A DNA stretch of 64,000 nt. Origin: Bacillota bacterium. GTDB lineage: Bacteria > Bacillota > DTU025. The notes below the pieces were generated by a model. The model ran no database searches and was not told where the DNA came from. It worked only from the letters and a program-made list of their open reading frames with translations. The stretch's first letter is position 1; each line of letters opens with the position of its first letter. The position numbers and the translations under genes are program-made. Below, piece after piece: positions 19,821 through 29,835 of this stretch. The DNA lies in assembly GCA_050951805.1 (NCBI GenBank), contig JBMNJT010000002.1, positions 224,001 through 288,000 of the forward strand. The letters are read 5' to 3'.

Positions 19821-21657
19821 CCGATCTTCGGCACCCTCAAATAGAGATCAGATGAATTATCAGAAGGTTTGCCGAACAGCCTTTGCCACTAATTGACTTG
19901 TACTCGTGTTGCGATAGGTGTATAGTCGCAATGGGAGGCAAAGAAATTGCTGAAGGCCTATCGCGCTGGAGCAAGCTCCATGCTTGTTCAAATCATAAGA
20001 GAGCTGGGGATACCCGACACGATTGACAACATGGTGCAATGGGATCCGAAGCAGTGTAAGCATTCGCCTGGAACACATGCCCTTGCCATGATGGTCAACA
20101 TTCTTATGGGGCGGACCGCTTTGTACCGCGTAGAGGAATTCTATGACAACCTTGATGTTCCGTTCTTGTTTGGAATGGATGCTCATGCGTCGGATTTCAA
20201 TGATTCGGTTTTGGGAAGAACGTTGGACAAGATCTTCGAGGCTGGACCAAAGAGGGTATTCAGCGCTGCAGCGCTACGTGCGGCAATGCGTGAAGACGTG
20301 AAAGTCGACGTTGTGCATGTGGACACCACATCTTGGTCTCTGGCTGGGATTTATGCAGACAGCGTAGCTGAAAGCGAAGCCTTGCACATAACTTATGGCT
20401 TCAGCAAAGACAGGCGACCCGATCTGAAACAATTCAATTACGGGCTGGTCGTGAGCAGAGATGGAATCCCGCTGATAGGTGAAGCGATGGATGGAAACAC
20501 GTCGGATAAAGTCTGGAACAGGCACATCATTGAAGAGCTGGTATCCAAGCTTGCGTCCGATCTAGACAGCTTAGTTTATGTTGCCGATTCCGCAGCCGTG
20601 ACCAAAGACAACCTGGATCTGATAGCAGAGAAAGGGATCAAGTTCATCTCCCGCCTGCCAGCTACGTTCAAGCAGGAAGGAATGGTTAAGGACCGAGCAT
20701 GGGCTGATGGGAGCTGGCAAGAGCTAGGCGCGCTGACGCTCAATCCGAAGCGTGATTCGGCCGTGTATAAGTGCAAGGATTACATTGCTGAAATAGATGG
20801 AAGGCCATACAGACTGATCGTTGTCCACTCATCAAAGCTTGATAAGAGGAAGGCCAACAAATTTGAGAGGGACTTGTCCAAGCAAAAGGTAGAGCTCGAC
20901 GAGAAGATCGCCGAACTTGGGGCTCTGGAATTTGCATGCGAGCCCGATGCCCAAGCGGCTCTAAACAGGCTGAGGCAGGAGTGCACCGGCTCGTTCTATA
21001 GCATTTCCGGCAATGTTGAATCCGAGGAAGTCGTACTGAAGCGGGCTCGGCGGGGCAGGCCCCGAAAGGGAGAAGAAGCTCCGACCAAAACAGTTTGGCG
21101 TGCAAAGGCATCAGTTGGGCCGCTGAACGAAGAAGTTTACGAGCACGCAAAGCAGAAGGCTTCGTGCTTTGTTCTGATAACCAACATACATGACGCCGGA
21201 GAGTATCCAGCTGACAAAGTGCTCCGCGAATACAAAGAGCAATCATGTGTTGAGCTCAGCTTTAAAGCCATAAAGGAGCCGGAGTTCGTCGGGGCCATGT
21301 ACGTCAAGAAGCCTGAACGTTTGGAGGCTTTGGCCTACGTAGTGCTGCTTGCTGCACTTGTTCGCGCAGTCATGCAGCGACGCGCCAGACGATACGCAGA
21401 GGCTACGGACGAGCCACTTCCCATTCCGGGCAAAAGGACTTCAATGCGGCCTACAGCCCGGATGATCTTGGACTCGTTTGATACGATAATCGTTATCATA
21501 TTGCCCGACGGAACCCGAGCACTGGCAGATACTCGGCTGTTTCCAGACAAGATGTTCAACGCCCTGGGCATATCTCCATCGGTTTACGTCCACTGTTCAA
21601 GCAAAAACTATGATCCATAAATCCAAAACCTTGATGTCCAAGGGTGCCGAAGATCAG
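19821..21657 (+). mobile_element. IS1634-family insertion sequence, 1,837 bp
   Basis: TIRs CCGATCTTCGGCACCCT / AGGGTGCCGAAGATCAG (16/17 match); TSD TTTTGA at 19815-19820 and 21658-21663. Confidence 0.93.
19947..21620 (+). CDS. IS1634-family DDE transposase
   Basis: FNDSVLGRTLD, HVDTTS, YGFSKDRRPDLKQ, GNTSD, YVADSA, FACEPDA, YKEQSCVELSFKAIK, KKPERLEAL. Confidence 0.92.
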   Translation: MLKAYRAGASSMLVQIIRELGIPDTIDNMVQWDPKQCKHSPGTHALAMMVNILMGRTALYRVEEFYDNLDVPFLFGMDAHASDFNDSVLGRTLDKIFEAGPKRVFSAAALRAAMREDVKVDVVHVDTTSWSLAGIYADSVAESEALHITYGFSKDRRPDLKQFNYGLVVSRDGIPLIGEAMDGNTSDKVWNRHIIEELVSKLASDLDSLVYVADSAAVTKDNLDLIAEKGIKFISRLPATFKQEGMVKDRAWADGSWQELGALTLNPKRDSAVYKCKDYIAEIDGRPYRLIVVHSSKLDKRKANKFERDLSKQKVELDEKIAELGALEFACEPDAQAALNRLRQECTGSFYSISGNVESEEVVLKRARRGRPRKGEEAPTKTVWRAKASVGPLNEEVYEHAKQKASCFVLITNIHDAGEYPADKVLREYKEQSCVELSFKAIKEPEFVGAMYVKKPERLEALAYVVLLAALVRAVMQRRARRYAEATDEPLPIPGKRTSMRPTARMILDSFDTIIVIILPDGTRALADTRLFPDKMFNALGISPSVYVHCSSKNYDP

Positions 21658-22126
21658 TTTTGACATTGGGGCGTGCTTTTTCGAGGAGGTCCATGATCTC
21701 GGGAACGGTTTTGTTTTCAGCGGCTAGATCATGTGCGTAAAGGACAAGCTGTGCGATTCCCGTGGACAGGTTGGCCGAATCAAACACATACACCTGCCCT
21801 TCGGGGAATGTGTTTGCCACGAGCCTGGCGCTTTGGACAGAAGCGGAAAACTGGCTGGAGATGCCTATATAGATTACCTGACTTCCGTCGGCGATGGCTT
21901 TTTCAAAAACCGATCTAAAGGTTTCAGGGCTCGGGCTCGAGGTTTTGGGAAGCTTTCCTTTCTCCTTGACAAGCTGAAACAGGCGCTGAGTATCGATATC
22001 AACTCCGTCGGTGTATGTTTCTTCATCAAATGTGACTATGAGCGGGACGACCTCTACGCCATAGCGTTTGGTCAGTTCCGGGCCTAAGTCCGCTGTAGAG
22101 TCGGTGACAATCTTGATTTTCGGCAT
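21658..22126 (-). pseudogene. degV: DegV family protein, N-terminal part (IS-interrupted)
   Basis: IVTDSTADL, LPKTSSPS, ISSQFSAS, FDSANLS; GGAGG RBS. Confidence 0.92.
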
Positions 22127-22275
22127 GCATGATCAACCTCCCGGGCGAACACTTTTGTGCACTATTCGGCTCATGCCCAATATTAGCACTTCAGCCAAAA
22201 CGGGACAATGCTGGTGGGCGGTTGTAGTGGTATACTCAATATGTATTGATTGCACAAGCGTTGGAGGTGCAGTAC

Positions 22276-23223
22276 ATGTTCATAATGGACGCACATTGCG
22301 ATACGCTCATGGACATAGTCGAAGGCCGCCGCAGGTTGGCAGATCGCGACAAGGGCGGCCAGCTCGACCTGGCGCGCATGATGGAAGCTGGAGTTTCGGC
22401 GCAGGTATTCGCCATATATGTGCCTCCTCAGTATTTGCCTGGCGGGGGTGCCAGGAGGGCTCTCCAGTACGTTGATGCGTTCTACAGGGAGATCGAGGAG
22501 AACAGCGACAAGCTGGTCTTCGCCACGAGTGGCAGAGACGTAGAAGAGGCATATGAGGAAGGCAAGATAGCGGCGCTATTGTCGATAGAAGGCGGCGAGG
22601 CGCTGGATGGGTGCATAGAGCTCCTGCGTATTTTCTATCGTCTTGGCGTGAGGCTGATGACGTTGACTTGGAGTCTCAGAAACGAGCTTGCGGACGGGGC
22701 TTTCGAGAGTCGGACAGGAGGCGGGCTCACGAGATTTGGCGTGGAGGTAGTGGAGGAAATGGACAGGCTCGGGATGGTTGTAGACGTATCCCACCTGTCG
22801 GAAGCCGGGTTTTGGGATGTGATGGAGGTGTCGAAGAGGCCTATAATCGCTTCGCACTCAAACTCGAAAACCCTCTGCGATCACCCGAGAAACCTCACGG
22901 ACGATCAGGCGCGAGCGATAGCCCAAAAGGGCGGGGTTATCGGCGTAAACTTCGCAGGATACTTCCTAGGAGAGGAAAGAAGGTCCCTTGCCGGCGTTGT
23001 TGATCACATAGACCATTTCGCAAGCCTAATCGGACCGGAGTGCATAGCGCTAGGTTCGGATTTTGACGGCCTGCCCGATGAGCAGCTCCCTGACGAGCTC
23101 AAGGATGTATCAAGCCTTGGAAAGGTAGCGGAAGAACTGGCTGCCCGCGGCTACTCTGAATCAGCGATACAGGGGATCATGGGGGAAAACCTGCTCCGGG
23201 CAGTTCGTGCAGTTATAGGCTAG
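22276..23223 (+). CDS. Membrane dipeptidase (peptidase M19)
   Basis: DAHCD, SIEGG, VDVSHLS, ASHSN, HPRNLTD, LGSDFDG. Confidence 0.93.
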   Translation: MFIMDAHCDTLMDIVEGRRRLADRDKGGQLDLARMMEAGVSAQVFAIYVPPQYLPGGGARRALQYVDAFYREIEENSDKLVFATSGRDVEEAYEEGKIAALLSIEGGEALDGCIELLRIFYRLGVRLMTLTWSLRNELADGAFESRTGGGLTRFGVEVVEEMDRLGMVVDVSHLSEAGFWDVMEVSKRPIIASHSNSKTLCDHPRNLTDDQARAIAQKGGVIGVNFAGYFLGEERRSLAGVVDHIDHFASLIGPECIALGSDFDGLPDEQLPDELKDVSSLGKVAEELAARGYSESAIQGIMGENLLRAVRAVIG

Positions 23224-24181
23224 CGTTTTTTTCGGTTTGATCATGCTCCGGAAAAAGGCTTTGCTGGGTGAACTGGACCCTGCTGTCATCCTCGATTATT
23301 TTCCTTTCTTTCACGGCTTGAGTTACGCGTTCTATGCTCTTGGCGAAGTAAAACCGATCGATTTCGTAGCCGACGAAAGGCATTCCCAGGCGTACGCAGG
23401 CAATAGCGGTATTGCCCAAGCCCAAGAATGGGTCGATCACTAGTCTGCATCGGTCGAGGCCGTGCAGCTTTATGCACATCTCCGGGAGTTTCGGGGGGAA
23501 TGTGGCCGGATGCGGGCGTTCGCTGTTCCGCCTGGTTATTGTCTCATAAGGAATGAACCATGTGTTTCCACGGCAGCGCAGATCGATTGGCGAGCTGCCT
23601 TCTCGGGTCCAGCGATTGATATTGCTTTTGTCTTGGTAAGGCACCCCCACTGCCAGCCGATCGAGGGTAACGTCTCCCTTGTGGGTGAAGTGGAATATGT
23701 ACTCGTGGCAATCATTGATGAATCTCTTGCTGTTTATGGGCTTGTAGTGCCCCACTGCTATATCTTCGCGGATTGCCGGGTAGTCTCCGACATCTTCATG
23801 GGAGATAGCGATCGATTTGACCCAATGGATCACGTTTTGAAGAACGAAGGTTTCCCTCAGCTCCATGGCGACTTCAAAAGGAACCCATGGGTCGCTCGGC
23901 TTGGAGCCTATGTTGAGGAAGAACGATCCTTTTGGCGAGAGAACGCGCGCCACCTCAGATGTCCATGCGCGGGTCCATTCAAGGTATTCGTCGCGGTCGA
24001 TGCGGTCGTCGTATGTCCCATATTCGATGCCCAGGTTGTACGGGGGTGAAGTAACTACTACATCCACCGATCCTGAAGCTATGTCCTGGGCCATGCCTTC
24101 AATGCAGTCGCGATTATGTATAATGACGGTGTCGCTGCTATTGGGAATATCGATGATCTCAGTTGCAACGTGGTTGCTCAA
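23213..24181 (-). CDS. Site-specific DNA methyltransferase, beta class (likely N4-cytosine), orphan
   Basis: TSPPY motif IV near the N-terminus; HPATFP and DPFLGLGNT motif I near the C-terminus. Confidence 0.9.
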   Translation of the reverse strand: MSNHVATEIIDIPNSSDTVIIHNRDCIEGMAQDIASGSVDVVVTSPPYNLGIEYGTYDDRIDRDEYLEWTRAWTSEVARVLSPKGSFFLNIGSKPSDPWVPFEVAMELRETFVLQNVIHWVKSIAISHEDVGDYPAIREDIAVGHYKPINSKRFINDCHEYIFHFTHKGDVTLDRLAVGVPYQDKSNINRWTREGSSPIDLRCRGNTWFIPYETITRRNSERPHPATFPPKLPEMCIKLHGLDRCRLVIDPFLGLGNTAIACVRLGMPFVGYEIDRFYFAKSIERVTQAVKERKIIEDDSRVQFTQQSLFPEHDQTEKNASL

Positions 24182-24280
24182 CCTTAAGACACCTCGCTTC
24201 GATGATTACGTTCTTCTACGTTGGCGCGGATAAATCCTGGCAGACTCCATGATAGACCAAAAGCCGGGGATCTGGAAGGG

Positions 24281-25009
24281 ATGACTTACAACTTGGAAGA
24301 TGCAAATTGGACAGAACGGACTGAGCTGATCATCGGCGCTGATGGAGTGGCCCGCCTGGCAGGTTCATCAGTTGCTGTTGTGGGGCTCGGGGGAGTGGGA
24401 TCGGCTTGTGCGGAGGCGCTCGCTAGGGCGCATGTAGGCAAGCTCATCTTCGTCGACGGAGACGTGGTTTCTACCACAAACATAAACAGACAGATCATTG
24501 CTTTTACTGATAATATCGGGCGGCCCAAAGCCGAGATCATGGTTGAACGAGTGCGTAGGATAAACCCTCAATGCGAGGCAGTGGCCGAAGTTTGCTGGGT
24601 AGACGGGAGCAATGTCGGCGACTTGCTCAGGCTTCGTCCCGACTTTGTGGCGGATGCTATTGACTCTGTCGGGGCGAAACTCGATCTGATAGAGGCTTGC
24701 TTAAGATCGCAAATCCCGATAGTCTCGTCGATGGGGGCTGGAAACAGGCTTGATCCTACGGCGTTCGCAATAGCCGACATATCGAAGACTCACACGTGCC
24801 CTATGGCCAGGAGTGTCAGACAGGGGTTGCGCAGGCGCGGGATCGAAACCGGCCTCACAGTCGTCTTTTCTGATGAACCGCCCGTTGTCAAGAGCAGTGG
24901 GCCGATAGGCAGCATCTCAACAGTTCCACCGGCCGCTGGACTTGCCATGGCCAGCGTGATAATACGCCAGCTTGCATCGGATAGTGGCGGCGATGGAGTG
25001 TTTCAGTGA
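24281..25009 (+). CDS. tcdA: tRNA threonylcarbamoyladenosine dehydratase (ThiF family)
   Basis: GLGGVGS, NINRQ, DAID, SSMGAGNRLDP, CPMARSVR, VVFSDE. Confidence 0.85.
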   Translation: MTYNLEDANWTERTELIIGADGVARLAGSSVAVVGLGGVGSACAEALARAHVGKLIFVDGDVVSTTNINRQIIAFTDNIGRPKAEIMVERVRRINPQCEAVAEVCWVDGSNVGDLLRLRPDFVADAIDSVGAKLDLIEACLRSQIPIVSSMGAGNRLDPTAFAIADISKTHTCPMARSVRQGLRRRGIETGLTVVFSDEPPVVKSSGPIGSISTVPPAAGLAMASVIIRQLASDSGGDGVFQ

Positions 25010-26544
25010 AGATGATGAAGATGGTTGGCGCGAGAAGAAGAGTTTTGACGTTATTGATAGCAGGGCTTGTTGCAGCCTTAGGATTGTCTCCCGGAGCCGG
25101 CGGTGCTCCGAAGCAGGAGGAGGCTGCGACAATCCAGACCTTCGCTGGATACGGCGATCTGCTCACGCTCAGCTCACCTCCCGTATCCGGCATTTCGGTT
25201 CCTGGAACCATCCAGGTGAGCGGAAGGTCATGCTGCAGCACAGTCTTGATCAGGTGTTCCCGGCAGGATGATCCGGCGAAGTTTGCGAACACTTTTGTGA
25301 CTGTTGGCGATGATGGCGGATTCTCAGCGACAGTGTGGTTTTTCGATGGCCCGGGTCGATACGTAATGGACATAGCCGCGGTTCCCAGAGACGAGACGGT
25401 TTTCAGGGTAACCTGCCGTCTTGTTGTCGACAATACTTTGTCTACGATTCCTTTGGCGCCGAGACAATATTCGGGCTACGGCTCGGATCTCGAGATCAAC
25501 TCTCCCATCGCATCTTCCAACAGAGTCTCTGATTTCGTGACGATCACAGGCAAGAGCGCGTTCCCAGCAGTGTGGACGAGTATCGAGAATGCCAAAACGG
25601 GGCAGAGACGGGATCATATCGCCGAAACACTGCCGAACGGAGATTTCGCGATCACCATTCCTCTGGATGTAGGAGAGGGAGAGTGCCGAATATCGGTGGC
25701 GTCCAGGTTGATTGCTCCTGGCACTTACAACACGGTTGCCGAGTATCTGGTCGTAGTCGATCCTGCGCCCATCGACATGATTGAGCCTGCATACCGAGGT
25801 GGAACGATACTGGCTTGCGACAGATTCCTTATTAAGGGCGTTGCCAACGCTGACGGCGTCAGGGTGGATGTTGAGCGTGATGGGAAAAGTGCAGCCTCTC
25901 TAAAACGGTCCAGGGCAGGCGCATTTGGACTTTGGATAGATCCGCCCGCAATCGGCGAGGAGTGCCTGGTAACCATATCTTCGCTTCATCGCGACACGAA
26001 CAGGTGTGTGCCCCGGCGCAAGTACAGGGTAGTTCGGGTTCCGAGCATCCCTCTTCTCGACGATTCGGAGAAAAGACAGATTCAATGGGATGATGCCGAA
26101 ATCAGGATGCTTGCGGAATCGATAGCGCCGGATGCGCGTGATCCTTACGACAGACTCCGGGCCATACACGATTGGATTGCTTCCAACCTTGCCTACGACG
26201 TCCGCGCTGCTGCCAGCGGCGACTTTGGACCGACTGACGCCATTTCCGTCATTGCCCGCGGGGGAAGTGTGTGCCAGGGATATGCAAATGTCACAGCCGC
26301 TCTTGCTGCTGCGGCTGGGCTTCGCGTGCGCGTAGTCGGGGGTGAAGGGATTCAGGAAGGAATACGAGAGAGCCATGCTTGGAACGAAGCGGAAGTGAAT
26401 GGCAGGATAGTGTTGCTCGATACGACTTGGGACGCCGGACATGTAAAAGACGGCAGGTTCGTTCGCATGCCTGCCGCCATCTGGTTCGATTCTTCTCCGG
26501 AGGAATTCAGCTTGAGCCACTCGGGCGGGCTCATTATTCCATGA
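25006..26544 (+). CDS. Secreted transglutaminase-like domain protein with N-terminal Ig-like repeats
   Basis: Signal peptide; catalytic triad VCQGYA / HAWNE / LDTTWD. Confidence 0.82.
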   Translation: MKMMKMVGARRRVLTLLIAGLVAALGLSPGAGGAPKQEEAATIQTFAGYGDLLTLSSPPVSGISVPGTIQVSGRSCCSTVLIRCSRQDDPAKFANTFVTVGDDGGFSATVWFFDGPGRYVMDIAAVPRDETVFRVTCRLVVDNTLSTIPLAPRQYSGYGSDLEINSPIASSNRVSDFVTITGKSAFPAVWTSIENAKTGQRRDHIAETLPNGDFAITIPLDVGEGECRISVASRLIAPGTYNTVAEYLVVVDPAPIDMIEPAYRGGTILACDRFLIKGVANADGVRVDVERDGKSAASLKRSRAGAFGLWIDPPAIGEECLVTISSLHRDTNRCVPRRKYRVVRVPSIPLLDDSEKRQIQWDDAEIRMLAESIAPDARDPYDRLRAIHDWIASNLAYDVRAAASGDFGPTDAISVIARGGSVCQGYANVTAALAAAAGLRVRVVGGEGIQEGIRESHAWNEAEVNGRIVLLDTTWDAGHVKDGRFVRMPAAIWFDSSPEEFSLSHSGGLIIP

Positions 26545-27781
26545 GTTGCCACTCGGCTTGCTGAACCATGCCGGTAACGGGGTCCACCACTTTTTCGTCG
26601 AGCCAGTAAAGGAGCATTCCGTCGGTGGAACGGTATATCCAGACTCTCTTGTATTTCGCGCCCCATTCGAATATTGCCGCCACTGAAATGCCGCTCGGGG
26701 TTTTGCCCACATAGCTCACTTCGACGGAACTTCCAACGAGCGGGTCGAAGGGGTCAAGCTTGTTGCCATTCTTAAGCTTTGCCAGACCTGCCTTGGGTAG
26801 CCAGAATCCGCCTATTTGGCCCGTTCCCGAATATACTTTGATCGCGGCGCCCGTCTGCCCCCTATCATCCGAGAAGACTCGGGTAACCTTGGCAACCGTC
26901 CAGTTTCGGCCCCCATCTTCAATTTTAACTTCGAGCAAGGCGGGTATAGGAATGTTATGACCGGTTGTGGGTAGCCATGTCCTTATGGTGCCCTGATAGG
27001 TCAGCTTGGCGCCGGGTTTTGCCCAGGGAGGCGCGGCTTCTCCTGACCAAGGAAGAGAGATGTTACGTTTCGTCACAAACTCGGCTGCGGAAACGTAAGC
27101 TAATCTTTGATCCGAGAGTGTAAGCCATTGCGCCTGATAGATGAGGAGCCCCGTGCTGGACTGAAATATCCAGACATAATGCTTGTTGCTGCCTGTGGGC
27201 CTGTAGTCGAATCTGATGGAATCGTACTTTGTTCCACCTGCCTCAAATTGAATCTCGGAGATGGAAAGGTGCTCGGGAGCGCGTTTGGCAATATCCTTGA
27301 ACACTATGGGGTTTATCCAGAAATCACCTGCGCCTGCATAGGCGGCCCGTGTTACGTCTTCCCACGGTATCATTAGGTCGCCTATGAATAGGGTGGAGCA
27401 GGTGGCCGAAAACCGCGTAGCGAGGGCGATCACATCAGTTCTGACCAGAGCGGGGGCTGCAGGGCTAAGCTCCTCTGGATGCATGATTGGAGGCTTCACG
27501 GCGTCCTTGTTCGGCCCACTCAAGGGGTTAGGCACCGTCGCCGCCGATGTCCGATAGTAAGCTCTTAGCCCTTCCTGCACCCACAGGGGGGCAGTAAGGC
27601 TCTTCAACTCGGGAAAGAGGGTGAGAATCGATTGAGAATCAGATTCCCTTTCTACCAGCGTCTGTCCTCGGCTGGCAATCTGATGAGAGGGCATAGCCAC
27701 AGCCGTGTTTGGGCCATGACCAATCAGCGTCGCGCAAATCAGTGCAACGCACAATAGAGTAAGGAGTCGCGATCGCGACAT
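26534..27781 (-). CDS. Secreted hypothetical protein with two internally homologous domains
   Basis: Signal peptide; paired motifs APLW..G...Y / APPW..G...Y, GDFWINP / GGFWLP, VWIFQSSTGLLIY / VWIYRSTDGMLLY. Confidence 0.65.
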   Translation of the reverse strand: MSRSRLLTLLCVALICATLIGHGPNTAVAMPSHQIASRGQTLVERESDSQSILTLFPELKSLTAPLWVQEGLRAYYRTSAATVPNPLSGPNKDAVKPPIMHPEELSPAAPALVRTDVIALATRFSATCSTLFIGDLMIPWEDVTRAAYAGAGDFWINPIVFKDIAKRAPEHLSISEIQFEAGGTKYDSIRFDYRPTGSNKHYVWIFQSSTGLLIYQAQWLTLSDQRLAYVSAAEFVTKRNISLPWSGEAAPPWAKPGAKLTYQGTIRTWLPTTGHNIPIPALLEVKIEDGGRNWTVAKVTRVFSDDRGQTGAAIKVYSGTGQIGGFWLPKAGLAKLKNGNKLDPFDPLVGSSVEVSYVGKTPSGISVAAIFEWGAKYKRVWIYRSTDGMLLYWLDEKVVDPVTGMVQQAEWQLME

Positions 27782-27987
27782 AGCCACATCACCCCAGCAT
27801 AGCTCAAAGCAATTCATTAGAAACAAGTTATATATTCCTCAGATGTGCATCATTCTCCTTCACAGCGCTATATGGGCAATTGCACGGAAGATGATTTCTA
27901 AGGAACAGATTGCTGCATATGCTCGTCCAATAGGCATACACAATGACAACATCGATGTTGTGAAACATGGGGGGTGAGATAAGCATC

Positions 27988-29205
27988 ATGAAGCTGAGAA
28001 GAACAGCGGCAGTTCTTGCTGCGATTCTTGTGACCTCTTTATTGGTGGCCGGGTGTGGACCGAGATCTTCAACAACTACAGGGTCAATCGCTGGATGTGT
28101 CGTGAAACATTCAATGGCAAGGTCCCTTTCCAGCCCAGAGCTGCAAGATGAAGCAGTAATAATCGTGCCGGAGCCCCCTGCGGATTCGTCCTATGTTGGG
28201 CTGCCGGGCATTAGGGTGGTAGCTGAGAGCACAGGATACCCGTCGCGCACGTATGTCGTGACTACAAACCGCTATGGCAACTTCCGAATGTCGCAGGTCG
28301 AACCCGGAGACTACGTAGTAAAGATAGCCGATGATCGTTTCATCTTGGGATACGCAATTCAATGTCGGGTGCAGGCCGGAAGGTCCACATATGTCGGCAC
28401 GGTGCCTATGGGCTCCCTACACCTGCTTTCCGTAGGAGTAAGTACCTACAGAAATCCGAGCCTGGCGCCTAATCTGACGTACGCGGCGTCCGATGCCGGG
28501 CTCATTGCGCAGGTGCTTGGCGTCGACAACAAACTGGTTGCAAGGACCGTGAGGCTCTGCGATTACGACGCGACGAAGGCCGGGATACTCGGTGCGATAG
28601 CATCGATGGGGCGCGAGATGGTCCCGTCAGACACTTTCATAATGTTCTTTTCGGGCCACGGATATCAGAATGCAAGTACGAACACCGAATACATCGTTCC
28701 GCATGACTACGATGGATACCTGACTTCACTTATAGCAGACTATGAGCTAAATGATTATCTGGACAGATACATCCCTGCAATACATAAGGTATTCGTATTC
28801 GATTCTTGCTACTCAGGCGGAATGTTCAAGGTTTTGGATCAATCGATGCCCGCGGGATTCACCCGTTCGACGGGCTTTGAAATCATGGCAAAAAACATCG
28901 TGGGACCGGGCAAGATCGTGATTACAGCGTGCGACAAGAACGAGCAGTCAATCGAAGGACCCCAATGGAACGGCGGCCTGTTTACATGGTTATTTGCTGG
29001 CGGGATGGAGCCGTACGGCCAGGTGCCGTATCCGGCGGACGGATGTTTCAACCATGTTCGGGATGGAATCATAACTACGCAGGAGATATTCGACTATGTC
29101 GAGTACTATGTGCCGAAGGAGGCAGAGCGGGTATCTCATACACAGAACCCTGTGATCTATCGTGGGCCCGACGGAAACGGCGTATGGCCTCTGTTCACGT
29201 ACTGA
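27988..29205 (+). CDS. Caspase-family (C14) lipoprotein with N-terminal beta-sandwich
   Basis: Lipobox LVAGC; FFSGHG and FDSCYSG His-Cys dyad; GLFT, DGIITTQEIFDY, QNP. Confidence 0.85.
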   Translation: MKLRRTAAVLAAILVTSLLVAGCGPRSSTTTGSIAGCVVKHSMARSLSSPELQDEAVIIVPEPPADSSYVGLPGIRVVAESTGYPSRTYVVTTNRYGNFRMSQVEPGDYVVKIADDRFILGYAIQCRVQAGRSTYVGTVPMGSLHLLSVGVSTYRNPSLAPNLTYAASDAGLIAQVLGVDNKLVARTVRLCDYDATKAGILGAIASMGREMVPSDTFIMFFSGHGYQNASTNTEYIVPHDYDGYLTSLIADYELNDYLDRYIPAIHKVFVFDSCYSGGMFKVLDQSMPAGFTRSTGFEIMAKNIVGPGKIVITACDKNEQSIEGPQWNGGLFTWLFAGGMEPYGQVPYPADGCFNHVRDGIITTQEIFDYVEYYVPKEAERVSHTQNPVIYRGPDGNGVWPLFTY

Positions 29206-29268
29206 GAATCTGAGATGAGCAATAGGGCGGCGGGGTGGGCATGCAACATGCGATAATCCTGCCGCCTG

Positions 29269-29790
29269 TTACCTCCCGCTTCCGCCCGCCCCTCCGCTGT
29301 GGCTGTCCCTGCTGTTAATCAGGTAATAGTAGTAAGTCAGGACTGCCACGAGGGCTGAGAGTATAGGCGGCAGGTCTTGGGATATCCTTGTGGCTACTGA
29401 TTTTCCTATGATTCCGCCTCCGAGGCGGCCGGTCATTTCAGTGCCTGTTACCTTGAGGTCGCAATCGAACCCGAAAACCGTGCCGCCGCACCTTCCGGTT
29501 ATCCGGTCAGTGCCTGAGAGAGATATGTCGTTTCCATCGATGATTCCGCCTACGCGCCCGTAAAGGCTTGCGTTGCTCCCAGCATGATACTTCGCGTCCA
29601 CGGACCTTCCGATGATGACGCCGCCTATGCGGCCTGAGACTGTTCCCCTAAGCTCGTCTACTGCAAGATCTATGTCTGCGCCGAATATGTCTCCTCCGAT
29701 GCGTCCATGTATTGATCCGGAGTCAGTTGCACAGTCCATACTAAGTCCGTCGATGACTCCGCCAACCCTTCCATAGATCGAAGAGGCCAT
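29269..29790 (-). CDS. GRxGG-repeat protein (6 repeats plus a C-terminal hydrophobic helix)
   Basis: GRVGG, GRIGG, GRIGG, GRVGG, GRCGG, GRLGG at roughly 20-25 aa spacing. Confidence 0.7.
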   Translation of the reverse strand: MASSIYGRVGGVIDGLSMDCATDSGSIHGRIGGDIFGADIDLAVDELRGTVSGRIGGVIIGRSVDAKYHAGSNASLYGRVGGIIDGNDISLSGTDRITGRCGGTVFGFDCDLKVTGTEMTGRLGGGIIGKSVATRISQDLPPILSALVAVLTYYYYLINSRDSHSGGAGGSGR

Positions 29791-29835
29791 ATTGTACTCA
29801 GCTCCCATGCCCAAATATGTTCTGTCATAACGCGT

